This document shows positions 40,523 through 53,966 of a DNA stretch of 64,000 bases, in pieces. Under the pieces are notes generated by a model. The model had not been told where the DNA came from, ran no database searches, and worked only from the letters and a program-made list of their open reading frames with translations. The translations under genes were made by a program, and so were the position numbers. Source of the DNA: Eledone cirrhosa (taxonomy: Eukaryota); assembly GCA_964016885.1 (NCBI GenBank), contig OZ024756.1:20894001-20958000 (forward strand), written 5' to 3'. The stretch's first letter is position 1; each line of letters starts with the position of its first letter.

Positions 40523-41940
40523 CTAGCAGTAGGACCCGGCGTTGCACGAGGTAGGAAACGTGAAATAGCAACACGCATATGCAAAGATTCAGAAATGTAG
40601 CTATGTACTTTTTGAATTCCCTTATTCTCAGGGAATGATTGTTCATCTACTGGAAGCATAGAACACCAGGAGGCCCAAATCGTGAAACATCTGCATGCAT
40701 GTGCAAAATATGAAGAAAATCACCTAGATACTCTTTAAGCGTACTAAATCTTAGAGTATGATTTTTCTTTCATTTGGAGAAATCGGTTAGGTACTTTTCG
40801 AGTTTTATAGATTCGCACCCAGTCATTCGGACAGACATCATCAGTTATGTCTATTGCACCTGCATGCATACTCTACAGAGTAAAGCCTACAATGCTTGAG
40901 TAAGACATGTCATGCAACCGCACAGCATGTTTGGCCTTCCCCACAGGAGACCATAGTCTCTTCTTAAATCTACCCAATCTGATATAGACCGAACTGTTAT
41001 AGCGGATGCTGAACGCTTCGGTGTTACTACTGGGGTCACCATCAACAATTTCAAGCGATATACATTTAAGTAGGGATATTGAGATGACGAAATCAGCGTG
41101 GTAACGCAGCTGCAGCAGAAGGGGGTTATAGTGCAATTAGCACAAACGCTGGGCGGCACTGGTTGCACTGCGTTTGCACAGCAACCAAGATGCGACAAAA
41201 GGGGTCACCGCGGAATTAGCACAACCGCTCTTCGGCGTACTTGCGGTGTAGGTGCAACAAAAGGGGTCTTAGTAGATGTAGCACAGACGTGAGTTTTACG
41301 GTGTCAATAACACGGCAACGTACACAGGGCCCGGATTTGCGCGTGATGAAAGCACGCAGCGTCAACAGGGCGCCGACAAAAATTTAAAAAGTAAGTCTTG
41401 TGTCCTCTGTTAAATAAACCAAATTTTTAACGAAATATTATATGTTACTTACGATGTTTAAGTAACGTTTATATTGAAAATGAAAATGGCATGTAATGCC
41501 CAATGTTAATTCGTAAATTTCCTAGAATCCATTAATTGGAATTTTTGTCCACGGCAATGCGAGTGGGCTAACTAATGTATGCTGCAAATTTCGAGGAAAT
41601 CGGCTGGATTATCTTAAAGTTACACCTAAAAAAAAGCCTTAAAATGTCTAAATATGCCTAAAAATGCCTAAAAAATGCGGTTTTTCGCCTAATGCAGAAA
41701 AAGTTAATTTTTCTTAGCCCATTGCACTTCAAGAAATATAAGTAACGTATGTGTAAAATTTGAAAAAAATCGGTCGGGTACTTCTCGAGTTTTAGGGATT
41801 TACAGACAGACAGACATACAGACAGACAGACATACAGACAGACAGACAGACAGACAGACATACAGACAGACAGACAGACATACAGACAGACATACAAACA
41901 GACAGATAGACAGGCATCCTCTGTTTTATATATATAGAGA
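40523..41940 (-). mobile_element. Non-autonomous Helitron-like element with an internal (GACA)n microsatellite
   Basis: Minus strand starts A|TC (TCTCTATATATATAAAA), has (CTGT)n near the 5' end, a subterminal hairpin CTCGTGCAACGCCGGG, and ends CTAG|T. Confidence 0.78.
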
Positions 41941-42231
41941 TATAAATGTGTATAAGCGTATATATATATAACAATATGGGTCACATCCGTTAGTGTATCA
42001 AATGTATAAGCTGTGCCTGTAATTGACACACACACATACACACACACACACGCACACACACGCACATACACACGCACATACACACACATTCACACACATT
42101 CACACACATTCACACACACACACGCACACACACTCACACACAGAGTCATGAGTGAGTCGGACACAACGACATAAGATGACCTATATAAAGGAAGTTGCTG
42201 AAGCACACCCATACACACACAGATACATACA

Positions 42232-42305
<74 letters not shown>

Positions 42306-42311
42306 AATATA

Positions 42312-42360
<49 letters not shown>

Positions 42361-42429
42361 ATTTATATATATATATGTGTGTGTGTTTGTGTTTATATAT
42401 GTGTGTGTATGTTTATATCTATATCTTTC

Positions 42430-42496
<67 letters not shown>

Positions 42497-42524
42497 GTCT
42501 TCTCATTTATTATTATTACTATAT

Positions 42525-42817
42525 ATAGGACAGTGGATTGGCAGTATCGGTAGAGAGTCGGACGCCATGCTTTGAAGCATAGAGTTACGTCCCTTTACGG
42601 TCTGAGTTCAAATCGCGCCGAGGTTGACTTTGCCTTTCATCCCTACGGGTTCGATAAAATAAAGTACCAGTAATACACTGAGTATTTGCTGGCCTTGTGC
42701 CAAAAGTAGAAACAATTATTACTATATATACTTTGTCTTTCATCCTTACGGGGTCGATAAAATAAAGTACCAGTAATACACTGGGTAATTGCTGGCCTTG
42801 TGCCAGAAGCAGAAACT

Positions 42818-42873
<56 letters not shown>

Positions 42874-43102
42874 ATATTAAATAAATGGAAACACACACAT
42901 ACATATAAATATAGTTGTTTCTACGTTAGGCACAAGGCCAGCAAATACCCAGTGTATTACTGGTACTTTATTTTATCGACCCCGTAAGGATGAAAGGCAA
43001 AGTTAACCTCGGCGGGATTTGAACTCAGAATGGCAAGGGCCGTAACTCTATGCGTCAAAGCATGGCGTCCGACCCTCTACCGATACTGCCAATCCACCGC
43101 CT
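42525..43102. mobile_element. Inverted pair of dominant SINE copies around a (TA)n tract
   Basis: Plus copy 42525-42815 (3' half duplicated) and minus copy 42915-43102. Confidence 0.85.
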
Positions 43103-43215
43103 TGATACATATAAATATAGTGACGTCAAATAAATCACAAACATACGAATACAGCAACATATACACATACACAATAATAGAGTCACACATACTCTTACCA
43201 CATACCTCAACGTAT

Positions 43216-43253
<38 letters not shown>

Positions 43254-43997
43254 GTGTGTGTATATATATACGCACCCACAGAGTGACATGACAACTGCTT
43301 ACAATCTTTCATCCACATCTAGTCATTACACACGCTATAAACACACACTACCCCCCCCCCCCCCCCACACACACACGCAGTCACATCACACATACACTTA
43401 TACACATATATACGACATACACACACACACATATCCACACACACGCACATATCCACACACATAATTTAGAACGTCACACGCACCACCATAGAGTAAAAAA
43501 AAAAAAACTTCAACCTCGCACACACATACATACACATACTGTTGCAATAGACAATTCAACACACACACACATAGACATACACATACACACAAAGACAGAC
43601 AGACAGACAGTCAGTCAGACAGACAAACAAATACAGCGCAGAAAGTAAAAAAAATAATAAAACAGAATTTCTTTATATAGTTCAGGAAAGTCGACAAGTT
43701 ACTTTCTCGCTATTTTACGAACAATACGGTGAGTAGAAAAAATATTAAGACTAATTTATTTATTAAGGATTCATTAATTAATTTGATTTAACTTAATAAG
43801 TTTTCCATAATAGTTAATTTGTTAAAATGAAAATTAATATTTCAACATACTGAAAAAGTTTTTTTGTTCCCAACAAATTCTTGCGGTATATTTTTCTGTT
43901 GGTTTTACCGAAGGGAGTTTATTTTACAGTAGTCTTTGACGGTTTCAACTTATCTTTTTATATACGCTATCATATTTGAATTATTTTATTCTTATAC

Positions 43998-45022
43998 TGG
44001 TTTAAATAATTGGACTGCGACCATGCTAAGGCAACACCTTAGAGGTATTCACACCAATATACCAGTAATTATATTGGTCTAGTTCTTTTATTGGTTTAAA
44101 TAATTGGACCGCGGTCATGCTGGGGCAAGGCATTAGAGGTATTCACACCAATATACCAGTAATTATTTTGGTATGGTTCTTTTATTGGTTTAAATAATTG
44201 GACCGCGGTCATGCTGGGGCAAGGCATTAGAGGTATTCACACCAATATACCAGTAATTATATTGGTCTGGTTCTTTTATTGGTTTAAATAATTGGACCGC
44301 GACCATGCTGGGGCAACACCTTAGAGGTATTCACACCAATATACCAGTAATTATTTTGGTCTGGTTCTTTTATTGGTTTAAATAATTGGACCGCGACCAT
44401 GCTGGGGCAACGCCTTAGAGGTATTCACACCAATATACCAGTAATTATTTTGGTCTGGTTCTTTTATTGGTTTAAATAATTGGACCGCGACCATGCTGGG
44501 GCAACGCCTTAGAGGCATTCACACCAATATACCAGTAATTATTTTGGTCTGGTTCTTTTATTGGTTTAAATAATTGAACCGCGACCATGCTGGGGCAACG
44601 CCTTAGAGGCATTCACACCAATATACCAGTAATTATTTTGGTCTGGTTCTTTTATTGGTTTAAATAATTGGACCGCGACCATGCTGGGGCAACGCCTTAG
44701 AGGTATTCACACCAATATACCAGTAATTATTTTGGTCTGGTTCTTTTATTGGTTTAAATAATTGGACCGCGACCATGCTGGGGCAACGCCTTAGAGGTAT
44801 TCACACCAATATACCAGTAATTATTTTGGTCTGGTTCTTATACTGGTTTAAATATTTGGACCGCGACCATGCTGAGGCAACGCCTTAGAGGCATTCACAC
44901 CAATATACCAGTAATTATTTTGGTTTGGTTCTTTTACTGGTTTGAATAATTGGACCGCGACCATGCTGGGGCAACGCCTCAGAGGTATTCATACCAATAT
45001 ACCAGTAATTATTGCAGTCTGG
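43998..45022. repeat. 94-bp minisatellite, about 11 copies
   Basis: TGGTTTAAATAATTGGACCGCGACCATGCTGGGGCAACGCC... starts at 43998, 44092 and 44186 (period 94). Confidence 0.96.
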
Positions 45023-45150
45023 TAAATTTTTCATTGATATCTATTTATTAACCGCTTAAGGAAAATTTGTTTAATTTTTTTCCCTCTTCAATGAACGTGC
45101 CACACTGGTGTACGCGCACACAATCTATCTATCTATCTATCTATCTATCT

Positions 45151-45978
45151 AAGTAGAACGACTATTGTCGCGGGTGGGACCAATCCAGTTGACCACCGAG
45201 TCCGTTGTCATGATCAAACCGCCACCCTCCTTCAAAAACGAAGGAGAGGCGGTTTTCCTTTGTGTGATAGCTATGACGAAAGAGGTTGTATGGTGGACAA
45301 GGTTGAAAGGGCTGAGGTCAGACACCTTTCTCTCCGGCCAACAACTGATTCTTTTTTTCAAATACCACTTTGGAAGAAGAATCAGGATGGAGAGAGAGGT
45401 GCTGTACCCCAGCAAGTTTTATGAAAGGTGGGTGAAAGTGGCGAGAATGGCCCGAGTGAATGGGCCTTCTCTCTATATCAGCCTGTAGGTTGAGGAAAAG
45501 GAGGAGGAGAGGAAAGGAGTACAAGCTCTTCGTACTCCTGGAGATGAGGGTTGCACATTTTTTTTCGGGGGTATGTGTTACCCATATAAACTGTCTCCCT
45601 CTATTGGAGAAAATCGACTAACTTTTAAATTCCATCTGTGATAACATTTTACACGTTTTTATTGTATGTAAACTTCCCCCTTTGTATTTGTCCCCTTCTT
45701 TTGTGCCCCTGTGGCTAATAAAGAAATATATCTATCTAAGGAGGAAAAAGAGGAAGAGAGGAAGGGAGTACTCACTCTTGGTGCTCCTGGAGATGAGGGT
45801 TGTACATTTTTTCGGGGTGTGTACAACCCCTGTGTAACACCTCCCCCCTATTGAGGATTTCAATTGTTATTTGTTATTGTATTAATAGTTTTATTTTCAT
45901 ATACCTGTATGTAAACTCCCCATTTGTATTTGTCCCCTTCTTTTGTGCCCTTGTGGCTAATAAAGAAATTTATCTATC
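45151..45978 (+). mobile_element. 5'-truncated Tx1/L1-like LINE with tandemly duplicated 3' UTR, within (TATC)n
   Basis: KEVVWWTRLKGL...RMEREVL...VARMARVNGP homologous to the end of the 56268 ORF; two GTGGCTAATAAAGAAAT ends; (ATCT)n flanks. Confidence 0.85.
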
Positions 45979-47477
45979 ACACCCACACACACACTCATCT
46001 CTCTATCACCCCACACACACACTCATCTCTTTCTCTCTCCACACACACACTCATCTCTCCCTACACATACACATATAGTTTATTTATAATAGTAGCTGAA
46101 CTTTCATAATCAATAAGTTGAAAGTGTTATTATTATCATCAGCATAGTTACGTCCCTTTACGATCTGAGTTCAAATCCCGCCGAGGTTGACTTTGCCTTT
46201 CATCCTTACGGGGTCGATAAAATAAAGTACCAGTAATGCACTGGGTAATTGCTGGCCTTGTGCCTAATGTAGAAACAATTATTATCATCTTTTGTGTTAC
46301 TTGAAAATTGACAAACTATTTACTGATAAACAAATACAAAAAAATACTTCCGTTCTTCAGTACTTCAATTCTTTCCGGCGGATAGGCAGAATTGGTAGAG
46401 CGTCGGACATAATGCTTTGTAGAATTTAGTTACGACCCTTTACGTTCTGAGTTCAAATCCCGGCACTAAGGGGCTTTTGGAACTGAAGAATAATATCTGA
46501 GATTTTCTTTTATAATTTCATCAGTTCGTTTTCCCACCCCTTTCGCTTCCCTTTTGTTGTATGTGGTCCTAGATGAATTTGTTACTTGCTTTGTATATGT
46601 GTTTGTGTTTTCGTTCTGTAATCATTATATTATTATATTTTTTTTATACAACTGTGAATAAAAGATTTTCCATTTCATCAGTATCATGATTTCTACTTTC
46701 GGCACAAGGCCAGCAATGTTGGGGTGGGTGAGGGGGATAAAGATATAGTCAACTATATTACCCCAGAACTTGACTGGTACTTAATGTTATCAACCTCGGC
46801 AGGTTGAAAGGCAAAGTTGAACTTGGCGGGATTTCAACACGGAAGATAAAAAGCAGTAACCAAATACCGCAAAGTGTTTTGTCTGGAGCTCTAACTATTC
46901 AGCCAATCACTACACCTTTGGAAAGATATCTCTACTAAATTTCGTACTTGGACCCCCGTACCGCCGAGCTGCTCCGCCAGGCAGGAGCGTCGGCGGCTCG
47001 TCTGAGGAGGGAGCTCTGCGAGGTTGGGTGGCTGTTGTAGCGGGTGTCACTGGCCATCGTCCGGGGAAATGCTTTTGCCATCTTGTCAGCGGGACGCAGC
47101 ACTTCTACCCTCTTGCCCTAGGCCCAAAGCCCAATCACCCTTCCCCTTCACCCCTCCCCTCTCTTCTACGACACCAGATTTCTTGCCATCCCCTCCCATT
47201 CCCGTTCTTTTTCTTCTTCTTTGTATCTTTTTTTTTTACTAAATTTTAGTTTACCATATGTGGAGTCATCTGGAGAGATGAGATTAAACAAAAGTAAATT
47301 AGGAAGAAACTAAGTCGGGTGTTAGTGGTAAGGAAGGGAGGCATTAAACAGTAGCTATGACAGTTTGTAATGGTACTGCTACCATACCAAACCAGGCTTT
47401 TTAAGTGGAACCATGTTATTTCACTCTGGCTGCCAGTTATTCTTTTTAATCAAAATTCAATGTCATCAACACGATTC

Positions 47478-47748
47478 AACGGCGTGCAGAGTTCTGGTGA
47501 TGCCCGGGGCAAATCTTGATTGTATGCCACAAAGACTCAAGTATAAGGCCTAATGCCCCAAAGACTCAAGTATAAGGCCTTATATACTGAGAAATATTTT
47601 GAGAAAGGAAAACATTTTGAATATATAAACACAGATGAAACATGAAATAAACGCTTTATTCCATTTTAATATAAATCAATCAAATTTATTAAGTTCTTTT
47701 CCCCAAATGATGCCCGGGACCAACGCCCCCCCCCCCCCTCTGTCACGA
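47478..47748. mobile_element. Probable hAT-type MITE remnant
   Basis: GGCGTGCAGAG left end, repeated TGATGCCCGGG subterminal motifs and CTCTGTCACG right end. Confidence 0.45.
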
Positions 47749-48369
47749 TTGATATTATTTATTTATTTATTTATTATTATTATTATTATTATCTTTTTTT
47801 TTTTTTGAGGAAAGAGGAATATGTTTTTAATTCTGTCAACATAATCACAATCTATATCTTCGGAAACGTATTTCTGTAAAATTTCATTGAAAAAATATAA
47901 ATGATTAAGAAAGATGTATGGTAACAAAGTCAAGTGGAGTACCAAACTGTAGTTATGCCTTAATATTAAACAACAATTGTTTGTAGTTTTGGCACAAGGC
48001 CAGCAATTATCCCAGTGCATGACTGGTACTTTATTTTATCAACCCTGTAATGATAAAAAGCAAAGTTAACCTCAGCGGGATTTTGAACTCAGAACGTATC
48101 GGTAGAGCGTCAGACACCAGGCTTTGTAGCATAGCGTTATGGCCCTTTACGTTCTGAGTTCAAATCCCGCCGAGGTTAACTTTGCCTTTTATCCTTACGG
48201 GGGTCAATAAAATAACGCACCAATAATGTACTGGGTCGATTTAATCGACTTTTTCCTCCCCCAAAATGTTTGGCTTTGTGACTAAATAAAAAACCATTAT
48301 TTATTATCAACAATGGAACAAACTATAATGAAAGAAGAATGAGGATATACAATATATATCCATTCATGC

Positions 48370-48422
<53 letters not shown>

Positions 48423-48522
48423 TATTGAAGTTTCCGTTGAAAATTGAAAAAGTCATAGGAGTGAAGAGTGTTCTATGTAAGTTACAGAGCTAAATTTAAT
48501 GTATAATAAACAATACAATATA

Positions 48523-48598
48523 ATTACCTCATTACCAGAGGTTTCCCGAATAAGACGAATACAAGAAACGTCCTCATTCGTTCGTCAGACAAGGCAAT
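48523..48598 (-). ncRNA. Type-I hammerhead ribozyme (left arm of fold-back 48498-48740)
   Basis: ATTGCCTTGT-CTGACGA-CGAATGAGGACG/CGTCTTATTCG-GAAA-CCTCTGG-TA-ATGAGGTAAT; 10-bp stem I. Confidence 0.87.
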
Positions 48599-48637
48599 TT
48601 AAAACATAGTGTTTAAAACATGTTTTAAATTGCCTTG

Positions 48638-48714
48638 TTGCCTTGTCTGACGAACGAATGAAGACGTTTCTTTCGTATTCGTCTTATTCGGGAAACCTCT
48701 GGTAATGAGGTAAT
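48638..48714 (+). ncRNA. Type-I hammerhead ribozyme (right arm of fold-back)
   Basis: CTGACGA 48647-48653, GAAA 48692-48695, CCTCTGG, GUA site with predicted cleavage after 48704. Confidence 0.87.
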
Positions 48715-48736
48715 TATATTGTATTGTTTATTATAC

Positions 48737-48797
<61 letters not shown>

Positions 48798-48805
48798 TGG
48801 TTGGT

Positions 48806-48856
<51 letters not shown>

Positions 48857-48865
48857 TTATTGGTT

Positions 48866-48950
48866 GGTGACGTGCGTTTCGCCACTGATCAGCTCAAGGT
48901 TTGATCTGTATCGATCTGACCCGACTCTGTAATCCGCGGCTCGTCAGACC
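48866..48950 (-). ncRNA. Hammerhead ribozyme, long-stem-II family (left arm of fold-back 48855-49089)
   Basis: GGT-CTGACGA-GCCGCGGAT...ATCAGTGGC-GAAA-CGCACG-TC-ACC. Confidence 0.83.
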
Positions 48951-48994
48951 CCTTGCAATGTTAATATCATTTTTTTCCCATTACCATTACAACG

Positions 48995-49079
48995 GGTCTG
49001 ACGAGCTGCGGATTACAGAGTCGGGTCAGATCGATACAGATCGAACTTTGAGCTGATCTGTGGCGAAACACGCGTCACC
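48995..49079 (+). ncRNA. Hammerhead ribozyme, long-stem-II family (right arm)
   Basis: GGT-CTGACGA-GCTGCGGAT...ATCTGTGGC-GAAA-CACGCG-TC-ACC; GUC site with predicted cleavage after 49076. Confidence 0.85.
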
Positions 49080-49237
49080 AACCAATAAACGTAATGAAGG
49101 AGTAACCAATCGTCCTTGTTATCTTATTTCACTATAATACACTCTGTTTAGCTCTACACCTCGACACTGAAGTGAACCTAAACATCGAGGGCTCACCCGG
49201 GTGAACCTACAGTAACTCCAAGTTACACTCCCTGGAA

Positions 49238-49285
<48 letters not shown>

Positions 49286-49334
49286 ACACACACATATGGG
49301 AAAAGCGGACGTAAAATGATGATGATGATGATGA

Positions 49335-49384
<50 letters not shown>

Positions 49385-49475
49385 GAATATATATGTATAT
49401 GTATATATATGTATATATATGTATATATATATATATATGAATATATATGTATATGTATATATATGTATATATATG

Positions 49476-49508
<33 letters not shown>

Positions 49509-49519
49509 GTATATATATG

Positions 49520-49612
<93 letters not shown>

Positions 49613-49711
49613 GTATATGAATATATATGTATATGTATATATATGTATATATATGTATATATATATATATATATGAATATATATGTATATGTATATATAT
49701 GTATATATATG

Positions 49712-49798
<87 letters not shown>

Positions 49799-50039
49799 GA
49801 ATAATCGAGTATCGAAAAATCGGCGCACGAGTTCACGATAAACAAAATTCGAAATGAGCGGCAGAGGGTTCAATAATTCAGATAAATCAGAGCTATAACT
49901 ATCGTTAAAATACCGACACACATAGAACATGTCTAAAATCAACCGTACGACCGAAAAATTACGATCTGGAAGATTCGGGACACTCAGATAAAATATCAAT
50001 AAATCAATAAATCAAATGAATGTAAAAAGCATACCCGTA

Positions 50040-50079
<40 letters not shown>

Positions 50080-50285
50080 ATACATATGTATATATGTGTA
50101 TATATATATATACATATATATATGTATATATATATGTATACATATGTATATATGTGTATATATGTATATATGTGTATATATACATATATGTTTATATATA
50201 TATACATATATGTGTATATATATATATATACATATATGTTTATATATATATGTGTATATATATATATATTTGTATATATGTATAT

Positions 50286-50397
<112 letters not shown>

Positions 50398-50646
50398 TGT
50401 GTTTGTGTGTGCGTGTGTGTATTCATGTATGCATATATACACGTATACGTACATACAAGTATGGACATGCATTTGAATTTGTAATAATAAGAGAATACTA
50501 ATAGCTTGGAGACATTATAGCAACACGAGTAGAATACATATTTGTATCACAGATTGACACTGTACAAGGAACTTTCATTTCTATTTCTCCCTAACCCCAA
50601 GAATCAGTTTGATTTGTGACTCACATAAAAAATAAACACCCACACA

Positions 50647-50649
<3 letters not shown>

Positions 50650-50677
<28 letters not shown>

Positions 50678-51312
50678 TGTATGTATGTATGTATGTATGT
50701 ATGTATGTATGTATGTATGTATGGGAGAGATGGGAGAGATGACCCCTTAGCCTTTGTCAAGGCAGAATTCTAGGAGAAGGAAAACTCTGATATAACACCT
50801 GCAACTCTGATGATATCCAATGATGTTGACTTGTTCTTCTTTTTGGTAAATATCATCTTGGTTAAGAGAGTGGGACTGGCTTTGTGCAGTGCCTTTGCTC
50901 ACTATAAAAGCTTCACGGCACAGGCATTGCTTTACATCTGGAGATCTCTCTGCACTTGTCGTCACATGGTACCATGGGCCCAGCACTATGTGTCAATAAT
51001 TGTCGCAAGCGTAGTGTTTGTACCAGAGTTTTGAAGTCGCTGGCTGGACTAAAAAGTCACACTCGTTCAGCGCATCGGTAGGGGTTCTCCTACATGGATA
51101 TAAAGTAGTGGCCGTACTCGAAAACGAGTTGGCAGCCACCATGTATGTATGTATGTATGTATGTATGTATGTATGTATGTATGTATGTATGTATGTATGT
51201 ATGTATGTATGTATGTATGTTCTTCTGGTTTTATAATTTCACAAATTTTTGCCAATAGAGAGAGAGTTGGTTTCTAACATAGTTACAAGACTCTTTCATT
51301 GGAATTTACACA

Positions 51313-51345
<33 letters not shown>

Positions 51346-52990
51346 TGTATGTATGTATGTATGTATGTATGTATGTATGTATTATGTATGTATGTATGTA
51401 TGTATGTATGTATGTATGTATGTATGTATGTCTTTCTTTCTCTTAATTTCGAGTATATTTTTGACCGGCCACCTTCCTGGTGGCAAGGTTGTAAAAGAAA
51501 AGAAATTGTCATCCCTTGAATCGCAAGAATGTTTTGAAAACTTTGAAGGTGCCAGCTATCGCAGCCATTTGTAGACTATGAATTAGGGATCTGCGCTCTT
51601 TGTCCGCAAATCCAAGTTCAGTTATACATTAGTCCAAGCGGGTTGGTATATAACCCGTAGCTCCAATAATGATGGGTATGAAGCTAAAGTGGTGTATCTT
51701 GGATACTGGATCTGTAAACTCCTCATCAATGGTCCGTAGATGTCCTACTTCTCCTGTATGTATGTATATATGTCTGTATGTATGTATGTATGTATGTTCT
51801 TCTGGTTTTATAATTTCACAAAGTTTTACCAATAGAGAGAGAGTCGGTCTCTAACATAGACACAAGACTCTCTCATTGGAATTTATACAACATCAACTAG
51901 GTAGATATGTAAATATACATGAATGTGTAGATATGGATGTTATTGTATGTGTAAATGTGTATGTTTTGAGTTGTATGTGTGCATGTGTATATGCTTTGCA
52001 TCTGTACATGTGTATATGCAGTTATTAGATGCAATATTTTTGGAATACTTTTACATATTTTTACTGTTCCATTAATGGATTGTACTTGTAATTTCCTAAC
52101 TAGTCGTGGTCTTTCTGTTCCTGTGAAGCCTAGCTTCTCAAGATTTGTATTGAGGTAGTTACTAACATATCCCAGTGCCCCAATAATCACAGGCATAAAT
52201 CTGAAGGTGTAATCAAGGTGGAGTATCTGCAGATTTCTCATCAGTTCTGCATAAATATTCTCCTTTTCACTAATCTTTGATATTATATTGGCATCTGCTG
52301 GGCAGCTAATTTCCACTACTGTGCATGCTTTCCTCACCCTGTCCTATATCATAATATCTGGTCTGTTATGCCTGCATTTTATTGGTGTTTTACTGGTATG
52401 TATGTATGTATGTATGTATGTATGTATGTATGTATGTATGTATGTATGTATGTATGTATGTATGTATGTTCTGGTTTTATAAGTTCACAAAGTTTTACCA
52501 ATAGAGAGAGAATCGGTTTCTAACATAGACACAAGACTCTCTCATTGGAATTTACACAACATCAACTAGATAGATATGTATGTATGCATGCATATGTAGA
52601 TATGTGTGTATGTGTATGTTTTGAGTTGTATGTGTGCATGTGTATATGCTTTGCATCTGTACATGTGTATATGCAGTTATTAGAGGCAAAATTTTTGGAA
52701 TATTTTACATATTTTTACTGTTCCATTAATGGATTGTACTTGTAATTTCCTAACTAGTTGTGTTCTTGTATGTATATATGTATGTATATGTGTGTGTATG
52801 TATGTATGTATATGTGTGCGCGTGTGTGTGTGTATATATGTATATATATATATATATATCATTTTTTAAAAATTATTATTATTGTTATGCTTTTTTTTTC
52901 GTGCAATGGTCACACTCGATAACAAGGAGGCAGCCATCATGTATGTATGTATGTATGTATGTATGTATGTATGTATGTATGTATGTATGT
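50650..52990 (-). mobile_element. Cluster of R4/Dong-like (restriction-like endonuclease) non-LTR fragments in (TATG)n microsatellites
   Basis: Minus strand CRHNRPDIMI*DRVRKACTVVEISCP...EKENIYAEL...PVIIGALG (about 52030-52395); the same 3' end recurs at about 51219, 51796 and 52468, each abutting (TATG)n. Confidence 0.82.
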
Positions 52991-53225
52991 ATGTATGTAT
53001 GTATGTATGTATGTATGTATGTATGTATGTATGTATACATGTGTGTGTATGTGTTTCATAATGTCTCTATCTGTGTACAGAAGTGTATGACAAGAGGAAA
53101 CTACATTTTTAACATGCAAATGATACAAACTTGCACTGACATATTTCATTCCACAGATTATTTAATACAATTATGTTTTCAATACTTTGCAAAATGGTGT
53201 CCCCCCCCCCCATACCCCATCCAAC

Positions 53226-53570
53226 TTAACCCTTTAGCATTTAAACTGGCCATATCCGGCCAGAGTTCCCTCACCCCTTTCTGTTCAAACTGTCTATAAC
53301 TTGCCACTCATACTTAATGCTAAGATATTATTCTCAAAATAAATAATATCAAAATCTCATAGATTCAATATTATGTGGGATAATTATGTGATAAAATGTT
53401 TACCACAAAAATCCTATAGTATATATAGAATAATTGTTTCTATTTTTGGTACAAGGCCAGCAATTACCCTAGTGCATTACTGGTACTTTATTTAATCGAT
53501 CCTTGTAAGGATGAAAGGCCATAACTCGATGCTGCAATGCATGGGAATTATGTAAATGCTAAAGGGTTAA
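53226..53570. mobile_element. piggyBac-like MITE with an internal SINE fragment
   Basis: TTAACCCTTTAGC...GCTAAAGGGTTAA. Confidence 0.83.
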
Positions 53571-53909
53571 TTAACAAAAGATGGGATAGGAACCAGTAAT
53601 TAGCAGAGGCATAATTGCAACACCCCATCAGAGTAACTTCGATGAGAAAAATAGATAGATATATAGATAAAAAGTCTAAAATATTTGTCATGAGCCTGGA
53701 GGCTCATCAGGTTCTGAGTGTGAAGTGACTGATAGCATATGACTGTCTCCTGGACATGATACCAGTTTATCTTAGTGTTGAACCTCCAGCTATTGCTGAG
53801 TATACTGGAGCAACGTGAAATGCAGTGTTTTGCTCAAGAACACAACACAGCCAAGGAATTGAACCCGCGACATTATAATCGTAAGTTCAACATCCTTACC
53901 ATGTGTGTC

Positions 53910-53966
<57 letters not shown>

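Noticed and set aside
47250-47330. Internal exon between TTTTAG and GTAAGG
   Set aside because: Stop codons in all three frames; no supporting homology.
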